This document shows positions 13,612-23,329 of a stretch of DNA of 64,000 nucleotides, in pieces. The position numbers were made by a program, and so were the translations under genes. Source of the stretch: Candidatus Bathyarchaeota archaeon (GTDB taxonomy: Archaea > Thermoproteota > Bathyarchaeia > Bathyarchaeales > Bathycorpusculaceae); the NCBI GenBank assembly GCA_963811105.1, contig CAWEPZ010000002.1, positions 512,001 to 576,000 of the forward strand, in the 5' to 3' direction. Numbering within the stretch: the first letter of the stretch is position 1; each line of letters begins with the position of its first letter. The notes beneath the pieces were generated by a model. It had not been told where the DNA came from, searched no databases, and saw nothing but the letters and a program-made list of their open reading frames with translations.

Positions 13612-14631
13612 ATGCCTAGAACTACACCTCCATGGGAAATTAAGCGTGAACTTTTGATCAAAGCAGAGGACACGACAAATCCAAAGTATGGGCACCTGCC
13701 TTCAGAAAGACCCGCAAAAGAGTTTATCCAATATGGAACAATAAACCTGGATAAGTCCGCAGGACCAACGAGCCATGAGGTTGCCGCTTGGGTTAAAAGA
13801 ATAATGCATGTAGAAAACATTGGTCATGGAGGCACGCTGGACCCTAAAGTAACTGGGGTTTTGCCCATCACTTTAGAGGACGCTACAAAAGTTGTTCAGG
13901 CATTTCTCTACAGCGGCAAAGAATACGTTTGTGTAATGAAGATGCATGGCAACGCACCGGAAGAACAAATCAAGGAGGTTCTCGGGGAATTTGAAGATGA
14001 AATCTTTCAGCGACCCCCTTTGCGTTCATCAGTTAAGCGACAACTTAGAACCAGGCGGATTTACTTCATCGACTATATGGAAACAGATGGACGCAACGTG
14101 CTTTTCAAAGTTGGATGTGAAGCTGGAACTTATATCCGCAAATTATGTTTTGATATTGGCGAAATTTTGGGCGTAGGAGCTCACATGCAGGAGTTGCGCA
14201 GGACTCGGTCAGGTTCATTTACTGAGAACAGCAGCATGAAAGTAACCCTGCATGATGTCGCTTATTGGTTTGGAGAGTGGGAGCAAAAGAAAGATGAAGG
14301 CCTGTTGCACAAGTTCATTGAGCCTATGGAGACGGCGTTGGCTTTGCTGCCTAAGATTGTTGTTCGTGATTCAGCTGTTGATGCGCTGTGTCACGGTGCA
14401 AACTTGACAGCACCAGGGGTATTGAAGGTTAACGCCGGTATAGGAAAGGATTCGATTTTGGCTATTTTTACTCTGAAGGGCGAAGCTGTGGCGTTGGGCA
14501 AAGCGCTTGTTTCAAGCCAGGAAATGTTGGATTTAAGCCACGGTGCAGTTGCTGGTTTAGAGCGAGTTCTGATGCTTAGAGGTACTTACCCGAAGGTATG
14601 GAAAACTGGTAAAGAGCATGAATCAGCCTAA
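13612..14631 (+). CDS. cbf5: H/ACA RNA-guided pseudouridine synthase Cbf5
   Basis: GPTSHEV, GHGGTLDPKVTG (catalytic Asp), GTYIRKL, C-terminal PUA domain. Confidence 0.96.
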   Translation: MPRTTPPWEIKRELLIKAEDTTNPKYGHLPSERPAKEFIQYGTINLDKSAGPTSHEVAAWVKRIMHVENIGHGGTLDPKVTGVLPITLEDATKVVQAFLYSGKEYVCVMKMHGNAPEEQIKEVLGEFEDEIFQRPPLRSSVKRQLRTRRIYFIDYMETDGRNVLFKVGCEAGTYIRKLCFDIGEILGVGAHMQELRRTRSGSFTENSSMKVTLHDVAYWFGEWEQKKDEGLLHKFIEPMETALALLPKIVVRDSAVDALCHGANLTAPGVLKVNAGIGKDSILAIFTLKGEAVALGKALVSSQEMLDLSHGAVAGLERVLMLRGTYPKVWKTGKEHESA

Positions 14632-15244
14632 AGAAAACCCAGAGCACTATTTTGTTGCTGAACCCACGTCAAAGGAGCGGTTCGGTTTAGTTCGAGCCAC
14701 CCTATGCCGTAGAAGCTTCGAGTTTATGACTTCTTCAAGCGTTTTTTCGAAGAAACGGGTTGATTTGGGCACTAGACTGCTTATTGAATCGATGGTTCTG
14801 CCCAACGAAGGCTGTGTTTTGGATATTGGTTGCGGCTACGGAGCAGTAGGTATTGTTGCCGCTGCTTTGAATCCCAAGATTAAAGTGGTCATGACAGATG
14901 TGAATGCGAGAGCTGTACGTTTGGCCAGAAAAAACTTGGAATTAAACAGAATTCGCAACGCTCAAGTACGATATGGCTACTTTTATGAACCAGTTGAAGA
15001 TTCAGTTTTCAATTGCGTTTTGTCGAATCCGCCTGTAAGTGCTGGTATGGAAACGGTGAAAGCCATAGTGAAGCAAGCGCCAGAAGTCATGACGGACAAA
15101 GCCACTTTCCAAATGGTTATTCGCTCAAAAATCGGCATTAAGACATTGCCCGATTTATTTGGCGAAACGTTTGGAAACGTTAATGTTCTTGCAAGAGGAA
15201 GCGGATTTCGAGTTCTGATAGGGCAACGAATTGGCTGCAACTAA
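14618..15244 (+). CDS. Class I SAM-dependent methyltransferase (RsmC/MTS-like)
   Basis: VFS...VDLGTRLL, LDIGCGYG and SNPP motifs. Confidence 0.88.
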   Translation: MNQPKENPEHYFVAEPTSKERFGLVRATLCRRSFEFMTSSSVFSKKRVDLGTRLLIESMVLPNEGCVLDIGCGYGAVGIVAAALNPKIKVVMTDVNARAVRLARKNLELNRIRNAQVRYGYFYEPVEDSVFNCVLSNPPVSAGMETVKAIVKQAPEVMTDKATFQMVIRSKIGIKTLPDLFGETFGNVNVLARGSGFRVLIGQRIGCN

Positions 15245-15332
15245 GTAACTATTAACAGGCAAAATGCGCCCAAACAATAGGAGAGGATATTCAGATTCTT
15301 CCTAGATTTTGCAAAACTAAATAGTTCCTTGG

Positions 15333-16757
15333 TTAATTTTTATTCTTGGGCATGAATTTTGAAACGCCGTTTTTGGCAACATACCCTAATATTACGATTA
15401 CCCAAATAAGAATCAGCAAAGTCGCTACAATAGTTGTCATTAAGTTCAGGTTTAGTAGGTCGCTTGTGTCTTTAAGTATGATTTCTGATTTGGGAGTTGC
15501 CACAGGCGTGGGGTCCATACTCGGAGGCTGAATTGTAGGAGTTGGAGTTTGCTGAATTATTGATTGAGTGGGAACAACCGTTGCAATTGGTGTTACATTT
15601 GGCGTTGTGTCTGGTATAGCTGGCGCTGACGGGCTTGGACCGATTAGTAAGGGAACAAAATCAATTTTTCCCAGGCCAACATCATCATAGATATCGTAGA
15701 TTGTTTGATTTATTGTTGGTACGTCGGTTGTTCCCCACCAGTTATTCTCTGCATTAACGCTTGCGCTGCTTGCTGTAATGTCGTTTACGATGTTGCCAAC
15801 AATGTTGTTGTTGCTGATAATTGTACCCGAATCTGGATTATGTATTCCCACTTGGTTGTTAGTTATGGTGTTACTATCGATATAGCCGCCACCGTTGATT
15901 CCATATCGAATACTTCCATCGATTAAGTTGTTCGTTATTGTTAGTGATGCTACATCGTTGACGTCTATGCCATCATGACATCCTAGGAAAGTGTTCCCTT
16001 CAACCGCTAATGCAACTTTGGTTTCAGCTTTAACCCCCAACCAACAGTTTGAGAAAATATTGTTGGAAATTAAGAAGGCAGGATTAGAAATGACATCAGG
16101 TGAGTAAGTTTGAACATTGATTCCCGTGAGTTGCCCGTTGCCGTCAAACTCGTTGTTAGTTATAACTGGTGTTCCCAAGTTAACGCTGATGCCGTATGCA
16201 TAATGGCTTGGGTCTTGACCGTTGAAGACTATTTGATTGTTAGATATTATAGGTGACCCTGCAGAAGACCCTCCAGAAACAGTGATTGGGGATTGTGTTG
16301 TTGAGAAACTGAAATAGCACTTGTCAACTTTTATCGCACTGTTGATTTGAAGGGCAACTCTATTGAATGATGCATATTGAATGATTGATCCTGAATTAGT
16401 TAAGTCGCTCCAACCAACACTTGACGTATCAAAATAAATTGGATTCATCCCTGTTTGGTTGTCAGGAATTGTAAAAGTTATCCTATTGTTTGAGTCGCCT
16501 ATAGCAATTAACGTGCCACTTACAGTTAAATAATGGTATAATCCAAAATTAACGGTTACTCCAGGATCAATCGTTAAAGTTACATTAGGAAAAACCCTTA
16601 GACTTGCATTAAAAACAACTGGGCTATCGTTTATGGTCCAATGACTATCACTTGTCATGTTCCCCCCTACGGTAGTTGCATGCACGCCGTTTCTGACCAA
16701 AGCTAGCCCGCTAACCAAAATAGTTATGATTAGAACTATGCATGCAAGACGTTTCAT
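15333..16757 (-). CDS. Secreted, membrane-anchored right-handed beta-helix (pectin-lyase/NosD-like) protein
   Basis: Signal peptide, Asn-rich IxNNxF repeats, NAENNWWGT, a P/T-rich linker and a C-terminal TM helix. Confidence 0.8.
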   Translation of the reverse strand: MKRLACIVLIITILVSGLALVRNGVHATTVGGNMTSDSHWTINDSPVVFNASLRVFPNVTLTIDPGVTVNFGLYHYLTVSGTLIAIGDSNNRITFTIPDNQTGMNPIYFDTSSVGWSDLTNSGSIIQYASFNRVALQINSAIKVDKCYFSFSTTQSPITVSGGSSAGSPIISNNQIVFNGQDPSHYAYGISVNLGTPVITNNEFDGNGQLTGINVQTYSPDVISNPAFLISNNIFSNCWLGVKAETKVALAVEGNTFLGCHDGIDVNDVASLTITNNLIDGSIRYGINGGGYIDSNTITNNQVGIHNPDSGTIISNNNIVGNIVNDITASSASVNAENNWWGTTDVPTINQTIYDIYDDVGLGKIDFVPLLIGPSPSAPAIPDTTPNVTPIATVVPTQSIIQQTPTPTIQPPSMDPTPVATPKSEIILKDTSDLLNLNLMTTIVATLLILIWVIVILGYVAKNGVSKFMPKNKN

Positions 16758-16861
16758 TTTGATATCGCTTTAAGGTAATGTTGATCTTGAAATATAAAAT
16801 TATATTTTAATCACGGTAGTTTATGAAAATTTAAAAGGACATTCGTTGTAAGACTTAGGCT

Positions 16862-17791
16862 ATGAGCAAGCTTGTTTCAAGCCTAGTTCAGGGCTTTATG
16901 AGATTTATAAATAAAAGCTTGGTAAAAAACCTCATAGTCATCACATTATGTGTATTGTTTTTCTTCATTCAGATTCTTTTCCCATTCAATTACTATGCGT
17001 CAGGTACAAGAAATCCGGCTTCAACATTCCAAGTTGGCATTCACTACGTTTACGAGCAAGATAACCTTGACCAAATTTATGGGGAAGTCACCAAAATCCA
17101 TGATTTAGGCTTCAAAGTTATACGCATAAGCCTTGAATGCGCCCCGCAGGATTATAATGACCTGCAAAATCAAAGAACAGACAAGTTCTTTTCAGCCACT
17201 GACAATTTTGGGCTAGCTGTTGCACTTGTAATTCCGAATGATGACCAAACTCAAAAAGTAGATTATTACCTTAATCGCTGGGGAAGCCACGTTAAATACA
17301 TTCAAGTCATGAATGAACCTGAATCCTCTTCCAGTTGGGATGTGGGTGCATTATTTACAGATAACGAAATTATTTCAAAGTTTGATAGCATGTACTCCAT
17401 TGTGCAGTCTCATCATCTTTCCGCAAAAGTTTACACGAATTTTGGCATAGGCTACATCTTAAGAAGCAATCTACCAATGGAAATCAGCAAGAAACTCGAT
17501 TTTGTGGGCTTAGACATTTATATGGATTCATTTCTCGTATTGTCCCCTCATTTTGTTCAAAACCTGCAAGGATTAACTCACAAAGATATAGTAATAACCG
17601 AGTATGGCATGTCAACAAGCGATAGTACAGCCCAAAGCAACTTTATCATTAAAGGACTTAACCTATACAAAAGCATGGGACTCAAAGGGTGTTGGCTGGT
17701 CTACTGGAACAGCGCATTTGACAATTATGGAATTCGCGGTAGACCCGCAGAACAGGCAGTAGGTAACTGGATTGCGCAAAATGCTAAGTGA
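16862..17791 (+). CDS. Putative clan GH-A glycoside hydrolase
   Basis: N-terminal TM/signal segment, MNEPE (acid/base) and ITEYG (nucleophile) motifs, TIM-barrel-sized. Confidence 0.7.
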   Translation: MSKLVSSLVQGFMRFINKSLVKNLIVITLCVLFFFIQILFPFNYYASGTRNPASTFQVGIHYVYEQDNLDQIYGEVTKIHDLGFKVIRISLECAPQDYNDLQNQRTDKFFSATDNFGLAVALVIPNDDQTQKVDYYLNRWGSHVKYIQVMNEPESSSSWDVGALFTDNEIISKFDSMYSIVQSHHLSAKVYTNFGIGYILRSNLPMEISKKLDFVGLDIYMDSFLVLSPHFVQNLQGLTHKDIVITEYGMSTSDSTAQSNFIIKGLNLYKSMGLKGCWLVYWNSAFDNYGIRGRPAEQAVGNWIAQNAK

Positions 17792-18224
17792 TAACAAAGT
17801 AATCAACCATTTTAGGCATCTATGGTTGGTTGAAAAACTGTTTATCCAAGGCTTTACAGTGACCATTGTATTAATTATTATTCAAGTGTGGCTGAATGAC
17901 GCCAAGGACGGCTTTACAGCTTATATGCCGCCAATAGGCTACGCCCTCTTGATGGCCGTCACATATTTTGCTCAACCTCTAATAATCGGCGTCCTAAACA
18001 TAGTAATAATTAACGGCTTATACAAGACCAAGGGATGGCAAGTTGGGTTCTGGCTAAACGGTATTTTCTTGTTGCTTACCTTCACAACTATCAATCTTTT
18101 GCTAGAAATAGTCTTTCAGATGCCCTTTCTGCCACTTGTTGCCGTGATTGATGTCCTTTTGTCGCTTCCTTTTGGGTGTATAGCAAGGTTTAGCAACGGC
18201 GGATGGAACAAACCAATTGACTAA
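17772..18224 (+). CDS. Integral membrane protein
   Basis: About 4 hydrophobic segments; overlaps the GH stop. Confidence 0.65.
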   Translation: MRKMLSDNKVINHFRHLWLVEKLFIQGFTVTIVLIIIQVWLNDAKDGFTAYMPPIGYALLMAVTYFAQPLIIGVLNIVIINGLYKTKGWQVGFWLNGIFLLLTFTTINLLLEIVFQMPFLPLVAVIDVLLSLPFGCIARFSNGGWNKPID

Positions 18225-18766
18225 AAAACCGTTGATGTGATTATCGCTTAACACATTTTCCTGTGATTGGATCATAACGGTTGCTCTTAGAATAATCGCA
18301 GTTTTTGCAATCATCTTTTATGTCTTGTCCAAATGGGCAATCTTTCAAATCTGCCATTTACTTCACCTGATGATTTTTTCTTAGCATCTATTGCAAGTTT
18401 GCTCTATAAAAGTTAAGTCCCAAGATAATTCTTTTTTTAGTTTTTCAAGCTCTCTTCATTCACGTAAGTTAGGCGAGAAAGTTGGGAAACTCGCAATTTA
18501 TGACAAAGCATACGATTTCAGCGGGGAAGCTTTCTGATATTTAGAAGTACACCTACAAAAACGAGGGCCAGCAATACTTTTGAAGCAACGATGGCAATAA
18601 TGGTTGAGAAAAGGGCTTTTCTATAAGGTCTCTGATAGCGTGCTAGTTGTTTGCTTGAACAAAGCTGTAGCTGAAGAAGTTGAATGCTTGAGAAAACAAG
18701 ACTTACGTTTGAACCGCCTGTATTTTTCTAATTTAACTTTGAAGGCGAATAACTTATGAACCGCTA

Positions 18767-19672
18767 ATGCTTCTGGTGTATTGTATGTCACGCCAACTTG
18801 ACCATCTCATTAGCACATTGATTTTGGTTTTCGTCGTAATAATTGCAGTGATATATTTGAGCTTTCAATTTCCAGCTTACGGCTACATCTTCAGGTATAT
18901 TTTCGCCGCAATGATTATGGTTGGCGGCGTGTTCATCTCCAGGGAGCTCGCTAGTCTTGTAGTTAAAGAGCTTAAATCGACCCATGGAAAAAATGCTTTG
19001 TTGCTCAGCAACATAATCACAGTTGGCGGATACATAATATCCGCAATAATCGCAGCGTCATACGTCTCCTTTTCACCCACAGCCTTACTGGCTGGAGCAA
19101 CCATCAGTGGACTTGTACTAGGTCTTGCCCTACAGCCAACTTTAGGCAGCTTCTTCGCAGGAATACTGATTCTATTCTCAGGTCAAATTCGACCTGGAAA
19201 TCAAGTGAGAATCTTGACTTGGCACATTCCATTTCAGTGGGCGTTCCTTCCAGGGTATAAATATTTTTCACCTGACCAAATCTATCCTGGATATATGGCT
19301 GAAGTTATAGAAGTCGGCTTGTTTTTTACGACTGTTCTAACAGAAGAAAGCCAGACGATGAAAATTCCAAACACCATAATTGCCACAGACGCCGCCGTTA
19401 TCACTTACACCCACAAAGACTACATATTCAACGTAAGATACGAGTTCCCAAATAAGTTTGACCCAGAGCTTGTCCTTACACGAGTACGAGAGGAAACCAA
19501 AGATTTCCCAGTCCTGAATGTTTTTGTCAACGAGCAGAGCGACAAAGAATACTACATAGTAAAGGTTGTTCTAAATGCAAAAGAAAAGGACCACGCAAGC
19601 CTCAAATCCCAGATATTGACCCGCTTCATTAGACTCCATAAGGAACTCAACGAAGAAAAAAGCAACAGTTAA
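18767..19672 (+). CDS. mscS: MscS-family mechanosensitive channel
   Basis: N-terminal TMs, GLVLGLALQPTLGSFFAG pore helix, IRPG.QV, EVGLFFT, KIPN. Confidence 0.85.
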   Translation: MLLVYCMSRQLDHLISTLILVFVVIIAVIYLSFQFPAYGYIFRYIFAAMIMVGGVFISRELASLVVKELKSTHGKNALLLSNIITVGGYIISAIIAASYVSFSPTALLAGATISGLVLGLALQPTLGSFFAGILILFSGQIRPGNQVRILTWHIPFQWAFLPGYKYFSPDQIYPGYMAEVIEVGLFFTTVLTEESQTMKIPNTIIATDAAVITYTHKDYIFNVRYEFPNKFDPELVLTRVREETKDFPVLNVFVNEQSDKEYYIVKVVLNAKEKDHASLKSQILTRFIRLHKELNEEKSNS

Positions 19673-19692
19673 GAAGTAACATGGGTAAAATG

Positions 19693-19968
19693 TTAGGTTG
19701 CACACTTCGGACCTTTGTGAGTGCTCAGTACAATCGAAGTTATTGTGCTTTTCACACCCATGATCTTCATAATCTTGTTTTTCAGGACATCTCTGAATGA
19801 CTCGATATCTGAAGTCCCAACAAGCGCAACGATGTCAAATTCACCTGTAACCTCGTAGAGTTCCTCCACGGCGTCTATCTTTGAAAGAGCTAGAACAACA
19901 TCGTCCATGATTTGTGTCTCTACGAAAATGTTTACAAAAGCGTGTAATTCATGCACTTTATTCACCAA
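19693..19968 (-). CDS. Stand-alone Lrp/AsnC ligand-binding (RAM) domain protein 1
   Basis: AFVNIFV...ELYEVTGEFDIV...GVKSTITSIVL; no HTH. Confidence 0.85.
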   Translation of the reverse strand: MVNKVHELHAFVNIFVETQIMDDVVLALSKIDAVEELYEVTGEFDIVALVGTSDIESFRDVLKNKIMKIMGVKSTITSIVLSTHKGPKCAT

Positions 19969-20216
19969 CAGCTATAACGTCTTCTGAATTTTTCATTAGT
20001 TAAAGTAAGTATTGTACTTTTCGTATGCCTAACACAACGCACTCATGACTATGAAATGAAGAGGGTGAAGATTGAAGAAGGTTGACAAGTGCTCGCCCTA
20101 TTTATTTCGCGCAGAAGATACAACCTTACACCTATGAAAAACAATCTGTCTATTTGCTATTTGGTTCTTCGGCAATCAGAGTAATGAATTTGATAATGGA
20201 TTTGTCACCCGCTTTA

Positions 20217-20498
20217 TCAGGTATCTTCGGTGTCACATTTTGGGCCTTTGTGAGCTTTGAGCACAATAGAACTTACGGTGCTTTTTATGCCTTTTATTTT
20301 CATGATCTTATTTTTGAGGATGTCTCGAAATTCTTCTATGTCAGCAGCAGACACTAAAGTCACTATGTCGAATTCACCGGTAACTTCGTAGAGTTCTTCA
20401 AGGTGTTCTAATTTGGAAAGCGATGATAAAACACTATCCATTTCTTGAGCGTCCACAAAAATGTCTACAAATGCTAATAATTTTTGCATATAGGTCAT
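20217..20498 (-). CDS. Stand-alone Lrp/AsnC ligand-binding (RAM) domain protein 2
   Basis: AFVDIFV...ELYEVTGEFDIV...GIKSTVSSIVL; no HTH. Confidence 0.85.
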   Translation of the reverse strand: MTYMQKLLAFVDIFVDAQEMDSVLSSLSKLEHLEELYEVTGEFDIVTLVSAADIEEFRDILKNKIMKIKGIKSTVSSIVLKAHKGPKCDTEDT

Positions 20499-20655
20499 CT
20501 TTCCTAATTGGACATAAATTTCAAATATTTATACTTTGCAGTACATTCAGATAGTATTTTGACTATTAACCCTGCGAACGTATAGAAACAAAACTAATTA
20601 CTGGAAAATAGTGAAATATCCATAGCAATGATCCAGTTACCCAAAAAATGCAGCT

Positions 20656-21123
20656 TTAGCCAGTAAAATTGCCGTATATGGTAGGATAATCTTTAATCAG
20701 CAGCAAATTGATTCTCAAGACGTTTATATATGGGCTTCCAAAACCCCAAAATGTTCCCTCTTGATTCTGGTTAACGATATCCGTAAGAGAAGCCTCAGAT
20801 ATTCCAGAGGCATTGCTTATTCTTTGTATTTGCGAGTAAGCATCTTGAAGGGTGATATCTGGATCGACGCCTGACGCTGAGGGTGAGGCAGTCTCGTTTC
20901 TCGAATGGAAGAAAATAGGCATGCTGAAGCTTTGCGCTATTAGACTCGAGCCTACTGTTTTTCCGTTAATTTGGACCAGGTCGCCGTTAGCTTGGTTAGG
21001 AAAGAAAACTTGACCTATCCCTGTGATCAGAAATGGGTAAAACAGCCCACAAATCAGAAGCGAAATTACTGCTAATCCAATAATTGGTTTAAAGTTCCAT
21101 TTTTCTTTTTGTTCTGTTGACAT
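20656..21123 (-). CDS. kdpC: K+-transporting ATPase subunit C
   Basis: N-terminal TM, FP.QANG, GSSLIAQ.F, FHSR, SASGVDPDI, INVLRINL. Confidence 0.92.
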   Translation of the reverse strand: MSTEQKEKWNFKPIIGLAVISLLICGLFYPFLITGIGQVFFPNQANGDLVQINGKTVGSSLIAQSFSMPIFFHSRNETASPSASGVDPDITLQDAYSQIQRISNASGISEASLTDIVNQNQEGTFWGFGSPYINVLRINLLLIKDYPTIYGNFTG

Positions 21124-21136
21124 ACAATCTAATCTC

Positions 21137-23329
21137 CTATATGTGAAAGACTCCTACAAGGAGCATATCTATCAATTTGATACCGATGAATGGCACGATA
21201 ACACCTCCTACACCATAAATTAGCGTATTCTTTAGGAAGAGCGTCATTGTGCTGGTAGGCTTGAAGGAAATGCCGCGCATGGCAAGAGGAATTAACAACG
21301 GAATAATTATGGCATTAAATATTAGCGCGGACAAGACTGCACTTTTCAAGCCAAGTTGCAGAATGTTCAGCGCCTGTAGCTGGGGAATGGCAGCGCCAAA
21401 CAGTACAGGCATAATAGCAAAGTATTTCGCAATGTCGTTAGCGATGCTGAAGGCGGTAACAGCTCCCCGAGTCATAAGCAACTGCTTGCCAAGCATAACA
21501 ACATCAATTATCTTAGCCGGGTTCGACTCTAAGTCAACCATGTTGGCGGCTTCTTTAGCTGCTTCTGTACCTGAGTTCATCGCTAATCCAACATCAGCTA
21601 CAGAAAGGGCTGGGGCGTCGTTCGTTCCGTCACCTATCATAGCCACGATTTTACTATCTGCTTGTTCCTTCTTTGCAATGTTAAACTTGTCTTCAGGTTT
21701 AGCTTGCGCAACGTACTCGTCGATTCCAACTTCAGCTGCAATGCTCTTCGCAGTGAGCGGTTGGTCACCCGTAATCATGACTGGGCGTATACCCATTGTT
21801 TTTAAAGCCTGGATCTTTTCTTTTATGCCTTCTTTGAGGACATCTTTCAGTCTAATTATTCCTATAGCTTTGCCGTTTATCGAAATGGCTATTGGTGTTT
21901 CTCCCACTGAAGAAATGCCTTCCACTACAAGGTCATAGTTTTGTGGAACTGAAGATGATATTTTTTTAATTGACTCTGGAGCACCTTTGAGGACATTAAT
22001 CTCAGGTTCAAGAAGTGAGGCCATCGATTCGTCGAAGGCTTCTGAGGTTTTTCGTCTCATTCTTTGCCTTTGGAAAATGGCTTTGCCTCCTTTTGGAAGT
22101 GTCAAGTTTGATTGCGTTGTTATTTTGACTCCGCTTGTTCGAGTGCTGGCAGAGAACGGATATACTTCTGAGGTTGCAAGGGAGTTTAGTTCTTTCGGAA
22201 TGAAACTTTTCTCATATGCCAATTTGAGTATGCTGCGTCCCTCAGGCGTATCATCATGCCAGGAGCATAAGAAAGCAGCTTCGCCTACATCTTCTTCAGA
22301 ATAGCCTTCAAATGCTACAAACTCAATAGCTTGTCGATTGCCAACTGTGATTGTGCCTGTTTTATCTAAGAGCACCACGTCAGCGTCTCCAGCGGTCTCT
22401 ATAGCTTTTCCTGATTTTGCAATTATTTTGCTTTTGTAGAGTCTGGACATACCTGAGAGGCCGATGGCTGGTAACAAAGCACCTATTGTCGTGGGAAGAA
22501 GGCAAACGTAGAGTGCAATCAATACTGATAGATCTGCGCCGAGGCCGAGTGTAACTGACATGCCGAAAAGTGAAAGAATAATTATGGTGAATATGGCCGT
22601 TAATCCGATTAGAACAATGGTTATTGCAACTTCATTAGGAGTCTTCGGTCTCTTGGAAGATTCAACCATCTTTATCATTTGGTCAATGAAAGTTTCCCCT
22701 GGGTTCGTTGTAACCTTACCCGTCAAGGTATCGCTGACAACACGTGAACCTCCGATGAGGGAATCTCCTGGTGCTTTTCTGACGGGCGCAGATTCACCTG
22801 TAACAAGTGACTCGTCAACCATGGCAATTCCCTCAAGCACGTCAGCATCCAGAGGAACTATGTCGCCTTTTTCAATGAGAATAAGATCATCTTTTCTAAG
22901 TTCAGTTGACTTTAAACTAACTATCGATCTTGTCCAACCCTCCGTAACAATTTTTTTGCTTGAGACTTCGGTTTCCAGTTTTCGTAGGCTACCTGCTGTG
23001 CTTTTTGCCTGTTGCTCAGCAAGAGCGTCAGAGAGCGTACTGAACCAGACTGTGATAAGAAGGATAACTGCGACTTCGATATAGAAAACTTGTAGGCTGG
23101 GGCTGGCAACAGGTTCGAAAGCTTGTGGAATAATAGCCATTGCTGCAACAATGAAGAAAGTGATTTCGACAATCAGCATGACGGGGTTCTTGATAAGCGA
23201 AGTTGGGCTCAAACGTCTAACTGAATCGATGAGGACTTTTCCAGAGAAAGCTGCCCTCATTCCACCTTGCGCCGGTTCCTTTTTTGGGGTCGATGGTTCT
23301 ACAGTTATTTTTTCAGCATCAGAAGCCAT
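21137..23329 (-). CDS. kdpB: K+-transporting P-type ATPase subunit B
   Basis: TGESAP, CLLPTTIG, DKTGT, MITGD, GDGTNDAP, FSIANDIAKYF. Confidence 0.96.
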   Translation of the reverse strand: MASDAEKITVEPSTPKKEPAQGGMRAAFSGKVLIDSVRRLSPTSLIKNPVMLIVEITFFIVAAMAIIPQAFEPVASPSLQVFYIEVAVILLITVWFSTLSDALAEQQAKSTAGSLRKLETEVSSKKIVTEGWTRSIVSLKSTELRKDDLILIEKGDIVPLDADVLEGIAMVDESLVTGESAPVRKAPGDSLIGGSRVVSDTLTGKVTTNPGETFIDQMIKMVESSKRPKTPNEVAITIVLIGLTAIFTIIILSLFGMSVTLGLGADLSVLIALYVCLLPTTIGALLPAIGLSGMSRLYKSKIIAKSGKAIETAGDADVVLLDKTGTITVGNRQAIEFVAFEGYSEEDVGEAAFLCSWHDDTPEGRSILKLAYEKSFIPKELNSLATSEVYPFSASTRTSGVKITTQSNLTLPKGGKAIFQRQRMRRKTSEAFDESMASLLEPEINVLKGAPESIKKISSSVPQNYDLVVEGISSVGETPIAISINGKAIGIIRLKDVLKEGIKEKIQALKTMGIRPVMITGDQPLTAKSIAAEVGIDEYVAQAKPEDKFNIAKKEQADSKIVAMIGDGTNDAPALSVADVGLAMNSGTEAAKEAANMVDLESNPAKIIDVVMLGKQLLMTRGAVTAFSIANDIAKYFAIMPVLFGAAIPQLQALNILQLGLKSAVLSALIFNAIIIPLLIPLAMRGISFKPTSTMTLFLKNTLIYGVGGVIVPFIGIKLIDMLLVGVFHI

